Notes under the pieces: generated by a model
What the model was told of the DNA's origin: nothing
Databases searched by the model: none
What the model saw: only the letters and a program-made list of their open reading frames with translations
Program-made: the position numbers and the translations under genes
Assembly: GCA_043747615.1 (NCBI GenBank)
Contig: JAYTOU010000023.1
Location: 166,697-230,696 of the forward strand
Direction of reading: 5' to 3'
Origin: Myxococcales bacterium
GTDB taxonomy: Bacteria > Myxococcota_A > Polyangia > Polyangiales > Polyangiaceae
DNA length: 64,000 nucleotides
In this document: positions 1-10,038 of the stretch, piece after piece
How the letters are laid out: every line of letters starts with the position of its first letter
How positions within the stretch are numbered: position 1 is the stretch's first letter

Positions 1-555
1 GTCGGAAAGTCCACGTTCATTCGGGCGTGCTCCAAGGCCACTCCGAAGGTCGCCGATTATCCGTTCACCACGCTTGTCCCGCATCTCGGGGTCGTGTCGG
101 TCGGCGAGGATGCCCACTTCGTCCTGGCCGATATTCCCGGCCTCATTCCCGGCGCCGCGGAGGGTGCGGGGCTCGGCATCCGTTTCTTGAAGCACGTAGA
201 GCGGACGCGGGCGCTCCTTCACATCGTCACCTTGGATCCCACCGAAGGGCGCGACCCGGTCGCGGACTACGACGCCATCTTGAACGAGCTCAAACGCTTC
301 GATCCCAAGCTCGCCAAGCGCCCGACGATCGTCGCCATGAGCAAGGCCGACATCACCGAGGTGCGCGAGGAGTACAAGAAGCTGAAGGCCCGCTTCAAGC
401 GCAAGAAGATCGAGTTGAGACTCTTTTCTTCCGCCACCGGTGAGGGTGTGAAGGAGGTTCTCCGCGAGCTCTTCGCCCTCGTCGCCGAAGCGAAAAAAGC
501 GGACGTGCCGCGCAAGCCCGTCGGTCCGAAAGGGCGCGCGCGAGCCCCGAAGTGA
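1..555 (+). CDS. obgE: GTPase ObgE (5'-truncated by window edge)
   Basis: Frame 1 open from base 1: VGKSTFI (G1), ADYPFTTL (G2), [23 protein letters not shown] (G4), SSATGEG. Confidence 0.95.
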   Translation, partial: VGKSTFIRACSKATPKVADYPFTTLVPHLGVVSVGEDAHFVLADIPGLIPGAAEGAGLGIRFLKHVERTRALLHIVTLDPTEGRDPVADYDAILNELKRFDPKLAKRPTIVAMSKADITEVREEYKKLKARFKRKKIELRLFSSATGEGVKEVLRELFALVAEAKKADVPRKPVGPKGRARAPK

Positions 556-1580
556 GCGAGAAGACCGAAGAGCCGACCCCAAAGCGCCTCGACAAAGCGC
601 GCGAGGACGGTGACTCCGGTTCGAGCGCGTTCGCGGCTCAGTCCCTCGGATTTTTGGTGGCCATCGTGGCCGTTCCTTCGGCGGTGCACGCGGCGGCCTC
701 GTGGGGCGCAGATGCGTTGCGTGCAGCCATTCGCTCCGCTGCCAATGCTTCGGTGTCCGCGACGATTGATCCGCGCGCGCTTGCCGGACAGGTGATCGCG
801 CTCTCCATCCCTGCCCTCCTCGCCGTGGGGATCACCGGGGCGGTGGCGAGCTTCGTTCAGTCGGGCGGAAGGATGAGCGCGAAGAAGCTCGCGCCGGATC
901 TCAAGCGCCTCAACCCTTTCGAAGGCGTGAAGAATCTCGTCTCGGGTGCGCGGATCTTCTCCGTGGTGCGCGCGCTCTTCGGTGCGTCCATCGTATCGTA
1001 CTTGGCGTATCGGGCGCTCCGGGCCCACGCCGTCGACGTTGCGCACCTCGTCGGTCGACCCGAGTACCTGCCGCTCGTCGCCGGAGAGATCGCCGCTCGC
1101 TTGGCGCGCGACGCCGCGCTCGTCGGTCTCGGGCTCGGAGTGCTCGACATCATCGTGGTCCGGCGCGGGTGGATGAAGCGGCTGCGGATGGGGAAAGACG
1201 AGGTCAAACGCGAGCACAAGGAGAGCGAAGGAGATCCTCAGACGAAGGCAGCGCGCGAGCGTGCTCGCCACGAGATGCTCGCGGCGGCAACCGTTGGCAA
1301 CGTCCGCCACGCCACCGTGGTGGTCGTGAACCCGACGCACGTGGCCTGCGCGCTTCGCTACGACGACGCCGAAGGCGATGCGGCGCCCGTCGTCGTAGCG
1401 TCCGGGGAAGGCGATCTCGCGCAGCGCATCATCCGCGCCGCTCACGACTACGGCGTGCCCGTGGTGCGCGACGTACCGCTCGCCCGCGCGCTCATCGAGC
1501 TCGAGGTGGGGGATGCGATCCCCGAAGCGCTCTACGAAGCCGTCGCGGAGATCTTGCGCGAGGCCTCGGAAGACACCTAG
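552..1580 (+). CDS. Type III export apparatus switch protein, SctU/YscU/FlhB family
   Basis: N-term [12 protein letters not shown], hydrophobic TM segments, [18 protein letters not shown], autocleavage motif NPTH, C-term [13 protein letters not shown]. Confidence 0.92.
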   Translation: MSEKTEEPTPKRLDKAREDGDSGSSAFAAQSLGFLVAIVAVPSAVHAAASWGADALRAAIRSAANASVSATIDPRALAGQVIALSIPALLAVGITGAVASFVQSGGRMSAKKLAPDLKRLNPFEGVKNLVSGARIFSVVRALFGASIVSYLAYRALRAHAVDVAHLVGRPEYLPLVAGEIAARLARDAALVGLGLGVLDIIVVRRGWMKRLRMGKDEVKREHKESEGDPQTKAARERARHEMLAAATVGNVRHATVVVVNPTHVACALRYDDAEGDAAPVVVASGEGDLAQRIIRAAHDYGVPVVRDVPLARALIELEVGDAIPEALYEAVAEILREASEDT

Positions 1581-2603
1581 CTACGGTTGGGAGATGCTTC
1601 CACGCACAGCGAAGCACGCGGCGTCCTCGGCACGGCCGACGCTCGTGAACAGCTTGGCCAGCAGCGCGAGGCAAGCTTGGGTGGCCTGCTCGTCGTGACC
1701 TTCGCGCGCGCGAGCCAACGCATCGAGCGCTTCGAGGAGCGCTTCATCGGAGCGACCGGCAAACGCCAGGCCGACGCCGAGCGCGAGCGACGCCTGGCAC
1801 CGCGTCGAGCTCGGCGCCGTTTCCGCCGCGCGCCTGGCTTCCTGTAGGGCGCGCAGAGCATCGCCCACGCGACCTCGCGACAGACGAGCGATCGCCCGCA
1901 TCCGCTCGGCGAACGAATCTTTCTCACCGGTGGCTTTCAGGCCATCACTCCATCTCTCGAGCGAGTGGGCATCTCCGCCGATGAGCGCCTCTTTCGAGAG
2001 CTGCATCAGGCGCGCAGCGAGCGCCTCCGGGTCCACTTCTTCCATGTCGAAGGAAGACGGGCTGCGGTAGCGAATCGCGTGGCGCGCGGGCTCGTTCGTC
2101 GCGACGGCGTGCACTTCGACCTTCCAAGGGTTGCGGCTGTCGAGCTGCGCGCCGGCTACCGTGAGGCCGCCATCGGTCTCTTCGCGCGTCGCGAGGAGAT
2201 TGAGCTGCGCTCGTTGGATGAAGCTCGCATCGAGCAAGACCTCCGCGGGCCGGGCAATGCGCGACAGCGTGAGAGCCACGACCAGCGGCACTCCCCACGC
2301 GAGATCCGCGCGCGCGCCGGAGTGGGCGAGGAGCTGCATGTCTCCCTGGGCGATCCCGCAGGCCCAGGTGTCCTCTTCGGTCATCGCGTCTTCCCGCAGG
2401 CTCGCCGCGAGAGCAATGGCTTCTTCGGCCGCGTCGGGATCCCAGGAAAAAGCCAGGGTGAGCGCGCTCCACGCGGCGAGCGTTGCCCCGAGGGCTTCGG
2501 CACGCTGGGTGAGCGCACGTGCTCGCGGCAGGTACTCGGAGAACCCGCCGGCTCGAATTCCATCGGGCGACATCCGACAGCAAACTACGATTTTGTCACT
2601 CAT
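1581..2603 (-). CDS. Hypothetical protein: degenerate class III nucleotidyl-cyclase-like N-domain plus TPR-like C-domain
   Basis: ATG at 2603, 30 bp after pspA stop; GIAQGD...WGVPLVVALTLSRIARPAEVLLD resembles the cyclase core without catalytic residues; Ala-rich helical repeats at C-term. Confidence 0.55.
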   Translation of the reverse strand: MSDKIVVCCRMSPDGIRAGGFSEYLPRARALTQRAEALGATLAAWSALTLAFSWDPDAAEEAIALAASLREDAMTEEDTWACGIAQGDMQLLAHSGARADLAWGVPLVVALTLSRIARPAEVLLDASFIQRAQLNLLATREETDGGLTVAGAQLDSRNPWKVEVHAVATNEPARHAIRYRSPSSFDMEEVDPEALAARLMQLSKEALIGGDAHSLERWSDGLKATGEKDSFAERMRAIARLSRGRVGDALRALQEARRAAETAPSSTRCQASLALGVGLAFAGRSDEALLEALDALARAREGHDEQATQACLALLAKLFTSVGRAEDAACFAVRGSISQP

Positions 2604-2632
2604 GGGACCCGCGCCGCGACGGCTGGCAAGCC

Positions 2633-3337
2633 TCAGACACGGATGCGTTTCTTCAGCGCGGCAAGCTCGTCTTCCACGTCGGAGGACGCTGCGCCTTTCT
2701 CGCCTCGACCCGCTTCGAGATCGCGAAACTTCGCCTCGAGGTCCTGGGATTTTTCCCCTTTGCCGAGCGCCTCTTCGACCTCGTTCATCGCGCTCGATTC
2801 GGCCTCGCGCCCTTCGATTTTCTCTTCCATCTTCCGGAAGTTCTCGAAGGCGTTCGACCCGCCGCGCGCACCGAGACCTTCGGAGCCCTGGCCGGCCTTG
2901 GCCTGCGTCGCCCGAGCGGCGATGCTTCCCTTCTTCAGCTTTATTTCTTCGAGCTTCGCCTCCATGCGCTCGAACTCGGCCTTCATGGCAAGGGCGGTAT
3001 CGCGCTGGCCGAGCCTGGCGTTTTCGGCGGCGGCGGCTTCTCCGGTGACACGCTTCTTTTGCTTTAGAGCTTCCCGCGCGAGCGCTTCGTCGCCACTCTT
3101 CAGGGCGAGCTCGGCGCGCTTTTCCCACTTCGCCGTCTCGGCCAGGAGCTCTTCCGCCTTCTTTTTGAGCTGCTTCTCTGCGGCAACGGCGCTGATCACG
3201 TCCTGCCGTCCGCGTTTCAGCTGCGCGTCCATCTCCTCGACCGTGAGATCGAGCAACTTGCGATCGTCCTCCGCCTTGTCGAGCAGGTTATTGACGTTGC
3301 TCGAGATGACCTTCCCCATCCGATCGAAGATTCCCAT
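2633..3337 (-). CDS. pspA: PspA/IM30 family protein
   Basis: MGIFDRMGKVISSNVNNLLDKAEDD, WEKRAELAL..GDEALAREAL, C-term VEDELAALK. Confidence 0.92.
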   Translation of the reverse strand: MGIFDRMGKVISSNVNNLLDKAEDDRKLLDLTVEEMDAQLKRGRQDVISAVAAEKQLKKKAEELLAETAKWEKRAELALKSGDEALAREALKQKKRVTGEAAAAENARLGQRDTALAMKAEFERMEAKLEEIKLKKGSIAARATQAKAGQGSEGLGARGGSNAFENFRKMEEKIEGREAESSAMNEVEEALGKGEKSQDLEAKFRDLEAGRGEKGAASSDVEDELAALKKRIRV

Positions 3338-3406
3338 TAGCCGTGGCTCCTGCGTTGCAGATGAAGTTGGTCTAAGGTTACCATTTTCAGCAAAGTGGAG
3401 GCTCAC

Positions 3407-3583
3407 ATGCCGACGTGCAAGGTGTGCGACAACGAAGCCGATAGCCTGATGGCCGTCAAAGTGGACGGGAAAACCAAGAAGATGTGCGAGGACTGCGCCG
3501 ATCGCGTCCGCGAGGAAGGCGAGGTAGCGGAGGCCAGCGAGGCTGTCGTGCAGAACATGATGGGCTTCAAAGGGCGCAGGTGA
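3407..3583 (+). CDS. Small CxxC...CxxC (zinc-ribbon-like) protein, 58 aa
   Basis: GGAGG RBS before ATG 3407; CKVC and CEDC motifs; divergent from pspA. Confidence 0.7.
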   Translation: MPTCKVCDNEADSLMAVKVDGKTKKMCEDCADRVREEGEVAEASEAVVQNMMGFKGRR

Positions 3584-3599
3584 GGCACGACCCGAGCGG

Positions 3600-5009
3600 C
3601 TACTTGTTCAAGATGTGAACGGCTTGGCCGAGGCCGTGAAGAGAGGCCTCCATCATTCCTTCGCCGAGCGTGGGATGCGGATGGATGGTGAGACCGACGT
3701 CTTCGAGGAAGGCGTGCATCTCGAGCGCGAGCGCTCCTTCGCTGATGAGATCGCTCGCCTCAGGGCCGACGATGTGAACGCCCAGAAGCTCGTGCGTTTT
3801 CTTGTCGGAGACGACCTTGAAGAACCCGTCGGTCTCGTTGACCGCCATGGCCCGACCAAGCGCTGAGAACGGAAATTTGCCGATCTTGACGTCGATGCCC
3901 TTGGCCTTCGCTTCCGCTTCGGTGAGGCCAGCGACGGCGATCTCCGGATCGGTGAAGATGGCCGCGGGAATGGACACCCAATCCTTCGCAGCTTTGTGGC
4001 CAGCGATGATCTCGGCCACGACCTCGCCTTCTTTGCTGGCCTTGTGCGCGAGCATGGGGAAACCGCTCACGTCACCGATCGCGTAGATCGACGGGACGTT
4101 GGTGCGTCCGGAGATGTCGGTGGGGACGAACCCGCGCTCGACCTTCACCCCAGCCGCTTCGAGACCGAGGTTCGCGCCGTTGGGCCGCATTCCCACCGCC
4201 ACGAGGACCACGTCGCAGACGATGGTGTCGTGTTTTCCGTCTCCGAGGTCGACCTTGACCGAGACCGATCCATCTTTGTTTTTCTCGGCGCCGAGAGCTT
4301 TCGCGTTCTTGAAAATTTTCGCTCCGAGCTTGGTGAGCCTCTTTTCGACGACCGCCGTGAGATCGGGATCGACGCCGGGAAGAAGGCCCGCGGTCATCTC
4401 CACGACCGTCAACTCGCTGCCGAATTTTTGATAGACCATCCCGAGCTCGAGCCCAATGACGCCGCCGCCGATGACGAGGAGCCGCTTCGGAATTTCTCGC
4501 AGGCTGACCGCTTCTTTGGCGCCGATGATCTGCGTGCCGTCGAACTTGAAGGAGGGGATCTCGATGGTCGACGAGCCGCTGGCGATGACGATGGCCTTGG
4601 CATCGATCGTCTCCTTCGTTCCTTCTTTGGTCGTCACTTCCACCGTCGTCGGGCCGGTGACCTTGGCCTCGCCCATCATCAGCTCGGCGCCGTTACCCTT
4701 TAGAAGACCGCGGACACCGGTGGTGAGCTTCTTCACGATGCCCCCCTTCCAGTCCTGCATCTTGGCGACGTCGATGCGGAGCCCGTCGGTCATCAGGCCG
4801 ATCGTCGCGCCGTGCTTTACCTTCTCGTACGTGTGGCTGGTGGCGATGAGAGCCTTCGACGGGACGCACCCCCAGTTGAGACACACGCCGCCCACTTCGT
4901 CTTTCTCGACGAGGAGTACTTTCTGCTTTAGCTGTCCGAGCCTGATCGCGCAGACGTATCCGCCGGGGCCTCCGCCAATCACAACTGCGTCGTAACTCTT
5001 GTTCGCCAT
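3600..5009 (-). CDS. lpdA: Dihydrolipoyl dehydrogenase (E3)
   Basis: GGGPGGY, GGVCLNWGCVPSK redox disulfide, LAHKA, HPHPTLGE. Confidence 0.97.
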   Translation of the reverse strand: MANKSYDAVVIGGGPGGYVCAIRLGQLKQKVLLVEKDEVGGVCLNWGCVPSKALIATSHTYEKVKHGATIGLMTDGLRIDVAKMQDWKGGIVKKLTTGVRGLLKGNGAELMMGEAKVTGPTTVEVTTKEGTKETIDAKAIVIASGSSTIEIPSFKFDGTQIIGAKEAVSLREIPKRLLVIGGGVIGLELGMVYQKFGSELTVVEMTAGLLPGVDPDLTAVVEKRLTKLGAKIFKNAKALGAEKNKDGSVSVKVDLGDGKHDTIVCDVVLVAVGMRPNGANLGLEAAGVKVERGFVPTDISGRTNVPSIYAIGDVSGFPMLAHKASKEGEVVAEIIAGHKAAKDWVSIPAAIFTDPEIAVAGLTEAEAKAKGIDVKIGKFPFSALGRAMAVNETDGFFKVVSDKKTHELLGVHIVGPEASDLISEGALALEMHAFLEDVGLTIHPHPTLGEGMMEASLHGLGQAVHILNK

Positions 5010-5042
5010 GTGTCCTCTGATGGGTGCGGATGACTGGTCGAA

Positions 5043-6164
5043 TTAATGCGTAGGGGCTGGCGGAAGCTTGGATAAGGCCTCCGCCTGCTCACGCAAATTC
5101 CACGGGAGCTCAGCGTAAACATCTTCGAAGAGGGATGCTCGGGGCGGAGGCGGCAATTTTTCCACCTCGTTCACCGCGGTCTGGATGTCGGCGGTCAGCT
5201 CGGCGTCGAGCTCTGCGTCACTCGCTTCGGTCACCAGCCCGAGGAGCGCGAGGTGCTTTCGCAAGCGGTCCAGGGGATCTTTTTTCGCCCAGGCCTCGAC
5301 CTCTTCGTTCGAGCGGTAGCGGGTTGGGTCGTCGCTCGTGGAGTGGGCGCCGATGCGGTACGTGAGAGCCTCGATGAAGGTGGGCCCCTCGCCGGCGCGC
5401 GCGCGCTGGGCGGCGTCGGTGATGACCTTGTAGACTGCAAGCAAATCGTTTCCATCGACGCGGACGCTGGGAACGCCGTACGCGCGCCCCTTGATGGCGA
5501 GCGTGCGCGACGCCGTCTGCTTCTCCGTCGGTACGCTGATCGACCAATGGTTGTTCTGGCAGATGAGAAGACACGGCACCTTGAAGCGCGCAGCGAAGCT
5601 CATCGCGTTGTGAAAATCGGGTTGGCTCGTTGCGCCGTCGCCCAAGAAACCGACCGAGACGGCGGGGTCGCGACGAAGCTTCATGGCCCACGCGGCGCCG
5701 ACGGCCTGGGGGATCTGCGGACCAATGCACGACGACCAGCTCACCTGGTTCACGCTTCTGCCCGAGTGATGGCTCGGCATCTGCCGCCCCTTGAGGACGT
5801 CGCCGCTGTTGCCGAAGACTTGAGCGATGAACTGCTGCAGCGGGAAGCCGCGCACGAGCATCACGCTTTGTTCGCGGAGCGCGGGGAAGACCCAGTCGTC
5901 TTTGCCGAGGGCGAGACCGGTGGCGATGGGAACGGCCTCTTGCCCGGTGCACGCACCGTAGAAACCTACGCGTCCCTGGCGCTGGAGGACGATCATGCGC
6001 GCGTCGATGGCGCGAAGGCGACGCATCTCCCGATACCCGCGCAAAAGAAGCTCTTTGCTGAGCGCCGGATCGTTCGCCGGATCCACGGAGCCGTCGTCGC
6101 GAAGAACCCGAAAGAGCCCCACGTCCGCGTCCGTTTCGTTTACTTCTCCGCTCGCGCTGCTCAT
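5043..6164 (-). CDS. 2-oxoacid (pyruvate/branched-chain) dehydrogenase E1 alpha subunit
   Basis: LQRQGR, GQEA, GRQMPSH, TPP motif GDGATSQ...NN, YRIGAHSTSDDPTRYR; ATG at 6164 overlaps upstream TAA. Confidence 0.93.
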   Translation of the reverse strand: MSSASGEVNETDADVGLFRVLRDDGSVDPANDPALSKELLLRGYREMRRLRAIDARMIVLQRQGRVGFYGACTGQEAVPIATGLALGKDDWVFPALREQSVMLVRGFPLQQFIAQVFGNSGDVLKGRQMPSHHSGRSVNQVSWSSCIGPQIPQAVGAAWAMKLRRDPAVSVGFLGDGATSQPDFHNAMSFAARFKVPCLLICQNNHWSISVPTEKQTASRTLAIKGRAYGVPSVRVDGNDLLAVYKVITDAAQRARAGEGPTFIEALTYRIGAHSTSDDPTRYRSNEEVEAWAKKDPLDRLRKHLALLGLVTEASDAELDAELTADIQTAVNEVEKLPPPPRASLFEDVYAELPWNLREQAEALSKLPPAPTH

Positions 6165-7108
6165 TACGGCGTGCAGAAACCCAGCCATGCGGGCGCCCCG
6201 GTGAACGTTCCGCCGCAGCCCTTGCCCGCGGAGCATCCGCCGAACGTGGCGCCACCGGTGGAGAGACCGCCGGCATCGAACGGCGGCGGCCCGCCATCGG
6301 CGTGGTAGCAAGTCGTCGTGCACTTCGAAGGGCCGCCGTCGCCCGGGCCGAGGCATTCGAGGCCGTCCGCGCACTCGTTAGCGATCGTGCAGACCGTGTC
6401 CTGGGCTTTGCCTGGTGCCATGAAAATTTCGCTGCAGCGGAAGCTGACGCTGTCGCCCTGGAGCAAGCACGCGTAATTCGGAGGGCAGGACTGGACGTGG
6501 AATGGCTTGCAGACGCCCTTGTACGTGCAGGCGTGGAACACGGGGAGCCCGGCGGCGTCGGGAAAATCTTCGACGATGGTGATGTCGCAGGAGCCGTGAA
6601 ATCCTTCGGGGACGCTCTGACCGCACACGCTGTCGTCGCCGGGGCAGCAGTGCGGCGTGCAGCGTGCCGTGGGCGTTCCGCCGTCGGTGCACGCGGGGCC
6701 GATGCACTCGAGACCAGGGACGCACTGATTTTGCTGACCGGGGCAGCAGGTCGAGCCGAGTGGGCGGTTGCCCGTTCCTGGATCCTGGCAGGTCGTCGTC
6801 GGGCCGCCATCGGTGCCGAGAGCCACGACACACTCTTTTCCGCCCGCGCAGTCCTGAAGGACGAGATCGCATGCCGGGCCGCTCGCTGGGCTGCAGTTGC
6901 CCTTCATCATCATGCCGTCGGCGTTGGCGGCGCTATCGGTGCCCGCGTCTCCGCCGGTCGACTGATCGCCCGATGGGGCATCGCCGCTCATCGATCCGTC
7001 CATCGTGCCACCTGCGTCGACCGCGGGGATCGAGCTGCAGGCAATTCCGGCGATGCTGGCGCCGCCGACGAGTGCGGCCACCACGAAAGGAAAAATACGC
7101 TGTTTCAA
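6164..7108 (-). CDS. Cys-rich exported lipoprotein
   Basis: Signal peptide with lipobox GIAC; many Cys; DAG/DGG-rich linker. Confidence 0.75.
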   Translation of the reverse strand: MKQRIFPFVVAALVGGASIAGIACSSIPAVDAGGTMDGSMSGDAPSGDQSTGGDAGTDSAANADGMMMKGNCSPASGPACDLVLQDCAGGKECVVALGTDGGPTTTCQDPGTGNRPLGSTCCPGQQNQCVPGLECIGPACTDGGTPTARCTPHCCPGDDSVCGQSVPEGFHGSCDITIVEDFPDAAGLPVFHACTYKGVCKPFHVQSCPPNYACLLQGDSVSFRCSEIFMAPGKAQDTVCTIANECADGLECLGPGDGGPSKCTTTCYHADGGPPPFDAGGLSTGGATFGGCSAGKGCGGTFTGAPAWLGFCTP

Positions 7109-7173
7109 AGTACCCTCACGAACAAGTCAAGCCGTCTCCTGCATCGTAGCCCATGTCAGCTCCGCCGCTACGT

Positions 7174-7371
7174 TCAGGGGCCGGCTCCGGTGTCTGTCGC
7201 GCCCGCATCTTCGAAGGCACGGCGGAGCGCAGGGCTCACGAGCATGCGCTTGTTGTTCAAGGGGGTCGTCGGGGTCTCGAGCTTTTCTTGCGAGCGGTGT
7301 TCGTCGTCATCGCAACCTGAGCATCCGGTTGAGGAAATTCCGAGGAAGACGACGAAGCAGAAAATTCGCAT
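7174..7371 (-). CDS. Small putative lipoprotein (65 aa)
   Basis: Hydrophobic N-term then TGCSGC; ends EDAGATDTGAGP. Confidence 0.5.
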   Translation of the reverse strand: MRIFCFVVFLGISSTGCSGCDDDEHRSQEKLETPTTPLNNKRMLVSPALRRAFEDAGATDTGAGP

Positions 7372-7393
7372 GGGGGCATTTGTGTCGCACAAA

Positions 7394-7428
7394 GAAAAAA
7401 AGGGCGGAAGGGATTTCCCTTCCACCCT
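7394..7428 (-). terminator. Rho-independent terminator
   Basis: Hairpin agggcggaaggga/tcccttccaccct with an A-run on + (U-run on -), downstream of 7464..8231. Confidence 0.8.
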
Positions 7429-7463
7429 CAATCTCGTTCAGCGCTAAGCGCCGATTTACTGAA

Positions 7464-8231
7464 TCAGCCCGGACCTGCGTCGACCGCGACGCCGCCGCCG
7501 CAGAAGATCTTCGTCAGGCGTTTCGCGCTGTCCTGGAAGGTCTCGCCGCTGGGGCCCGTGCACGCAGCTGCGGGGCCGCCGTCGGCTTCTTCTGCGTCGG
7601 CGCAAGCTGCAGCGTCGCCGTAGGTCTTGCAGGCGCCGGTGGGTGCCTTGGCGGTGCAGGCGTTGAGCGCAGCAAGCTCGGCGTCGACTGTCGCCTGGTT
7701 CGAGCCGTCTGCTGCAAGCTGCTCGACGGGGCAGTTGGCGTCACATGCTGCGTTGGCGCATTGTGTCGAGGCCTGGACCTTGGAGGCGCAGCTTCCGGCA
7801 GCAATGTTGCCGTCCTTTACACCGATGCAGCCGGCGTTGTTTAGGGAGACAAGCCCACCGCCCTGGGAGATCATCGGGCCCGCGGCGTTGGGGCCCGCGC
7901 ACTTGAGGCAAGCGGCGTTTGCCGCGTTCTTGCTTAAGGCCTTGCAGGTCGCCGCGTCGGGGAGGGTGTCGAAGAGGCAGTCGACGTACGCGTCGACCTG
8001 GCTGTCCGTGCACGCGCCGAGCGTGAGGGCCGGGGGGAGGAAGGTCGGCATGAACGTCGCGACGTCGCCGGCCATACAGGCCTTGCTGGCGTCAGCGACG
8101 GGGCTCGCTTCGCGCCCTCCGTCCTTGGTGATGCCGCCTTCGCCGTTGTCGACCACCGGGTTGACGACCGTCGCTGAACACGCAATCGCGAGAACTCCGA
8201 CAGACGCAAAAACAAGAGCCTTCTTAATCAT
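7464..8231 (-). CDS. Cys-rich lipoprotein
   Basis: AGGAGG RBS; lipobox AIAC; paired Cys; followed by terminator. Confidence 0.8.
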   Translation of the reverse strand: MIKKALVFASVGVLAIACSATVVNPVVDNGEGGITKDGGREASPVADASKACMAGDVATFMPTFLPPALTLGACTDSQVDAYVDCLFDTLPDAATCKALSKNAANAACLKCAGPNAAGPMISQGGGLVSLNNAGCIGVKDGNIAAGSCASKVQASTQCANAACDANCPVEQLAADGSNQATVDAELAALNACTAKAPTGACKTYGDAAACADAEEADGGPAAACTGPSGETFQDSAKRLTKIFCGGGVAVDAGPG

Positions 8232-8528
8232 GTAATCCTCCTAAAACCTTCCGCGGCGCGAGCGCCGCAAGCAATCAAAGACCTCGGTCGTGATGAAAAG
8301 CGATTCAACCTTCCCGGGGGCTCGTTACCGTGACGTTCGTTTTACCTTCGTGCAAGCCGCGGAATTTTCCACTGATTCCATTGGCGGGCGGAAAAGTTGG
8401 CGGAGTATACGGTCCGAAAGAGATGCGTCAACTACCTAGTCGGGAAAAGTGCCCCGCCGGTTTTGAAGGTGCTGGGCGAGTTAAAAAACTCCGCACGGCG
8501 GGTAAGACGACGCGCCCCGGAAATTGAT

Positions 8529-9038
8529 TCAAACCGCCTTGCCACCCGCCGGTTTGGCGCGAGCGGTGGGGGGCAGCGTGTAGACGGACAGAACGATGAA
8601 GGCGAAAAGAAAAACGAGCTGCCCTTTTCCCGAGAGCTCGGCAAGGCGATGCGCCGCTTCGAGATCCCGCCCGAGATCATTCAGGCCACGGATGGCCCCC
8701 GCTAGGTGCAGCCCTTCGATTTTGGGTGACAGATAGACGCCTTCAATCACGGCGAGCGACCCTGCGGCGAGCGCGGAGAAGCCGCGGGCCATATCCAAGC
8801 GCGAAATCTTCGCCGAGGTGCGCACGCGCACGAACTCGCCCGCGGCGAGGAGCGCGGCACAGGACATGGCCACCTTGTCGAAGCGGCGAAAGACGACGGT
8901 CATTGCGTCGGCGCTCGAAGGCGCGGGCACCATCCCGAAGACCACCGGAGCCGCGATCGCCCCGAGGGCCACGAGGCCGCCCGCCCACAGCGCGCAGGCG
9001 ATCAAGCTCACCGCAGTGGAGATTTTAGACACATGCAT
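8529..9038 (-). CDS. DUF4149-like membrane protein
   Basis: Four hydrophobic segments; W.GG...LGAIAAPVVF; AAHRLAE. Confidence 0.65.
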   Translation of the reverse strand: MHVSKISTAVSLIACALWAGGLVALGAIAAPVVFGMVPAPSSADAMTVVFRRFDKVAMSCAALLAAGEFVRVRTSAKISRLDMARGFSALAAGSLAVIEGVYLSPKIEGLHLAGAIRGLNDLGRDLEAAHRLAELSGKGQLVFLFAFIVLSVYTLPPTARAKPAGGKAV

Positions 9039-9039
9039 A

Positions 9040-10038
9040 TTACACGTACATCCTGACGCCGTGATGCGGATTGTGCGTTCCGAGCTCGAGCGCCGCCTTG
9101 TGCGACCTCGCGATGATGGGGGCGCGGCCGCTCAACGTGAAGGAGACGTCGGCCCGCGCGAGCTTGGAGTTGAGGCAGTAGGTCATCTTCCCGTCGGGGT
9201 TCGGATAGAAGAGGCCGACGAAGTCTTCCGTCTCCGCCCGCATCTCCCCGTCGATCCGAGCGAGCGCGCTTTCACCCTGGAATTTCCAGCGCCGCGTAGA
9301 GATCTCGCCGCGATTTTTGACGAGGTCGAAGACGGTGTTCAGCTCGTAGCGAACGCCGCGATGACGAACGAAGAGGATGGTCCTCGGCGGCAAGAGGACC
9401 GGCCCGAGCTTGATGCGGCCGCTTCCGCCTTCGAGCATCAGATCGAGCGAAGGGTCGTCCCACGCGTTGCAGTGGCCCCAGGCGTACTCTTGGTAGTGAC
9501 CGGTGCCCCAATTGTGTCCGACGACCGCGGGCCACGCGTCGAGCTCCCACGTCGCGCCGTTCACTTCGATGCGCCCGCTCACCCGCGCGTCGGGAATGGG
9601 CGAGACCGTCTTCGACGTGGGGAGCGGGCCTTCGTACATCCAGCGGTAGGGATACTGGACGAGCGGTTGTCCTCTACCGGCGATCGAGAGCTCCCACCCG
9701 ACGCTTCGCCCGCCCGAGGCCACGTCGCCTGCGGTCGAGGTCGCGTCGAGCGTGCATCCGTCGACGAGGACATCGAGCACATTTTTGGAGAAGCGCGCTT
9801 CCGCAAAAGGGACGCTGGATTTCACGCCGACGTGACCGCGCTTGGTGTCGAAGGCAATGGCCCAGACGTCGGCGCTGGCGGCGCGCGGCAGGCGATTGCG
9901 TGCAAAAATAGTCCACTTCAGCCAGATCGCGCGCTGACTGTGGGGGTCGTTTGCCTTCAAGAAATAGCTCTCGACGTGCCCGCTGGGTGCGCTCGGCTCG
10001 AAGCGAGATCCTGCGTACGTCTCCATGGTGCTACTCAC
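9040..10038 (-). CDS. Tocopherol-cyclase/AttH-like protein
   Basis: ESYFLK near N-term, GHNWG and YAWGHCN motifs, Trp-rich beta character. Confidence 0.5.
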   Translation of the reverse strand: MSSTMETYAGSRFEPSAPSGHVESYFLKANDPHSQRAIWLKWTIFARNRLPRAASADVWAIAFDTKRGHVGVKSSVPFAEARFSKNVLDVLVDGCTLDATSTAGDVASGGRSVGWELSIAGRGQPLVQYPYRWMYEGPLPTSKTVSPIPDARVSGRIEVNGATWELDAWPAVVGHNWGTGHYQEYAWGHCNAWDDPSLDLMLEGGSGRIKLGPVLLPPRTILFVRHRGVRYELNTVFDLVKNRGEISTRRWKFQGESALARIDGEMRAETEDFVGLFYPNPDGKMTYCLNSKLARADVSFTLSGRAPIIARSHKAALELGTHNPHHGVRMYV

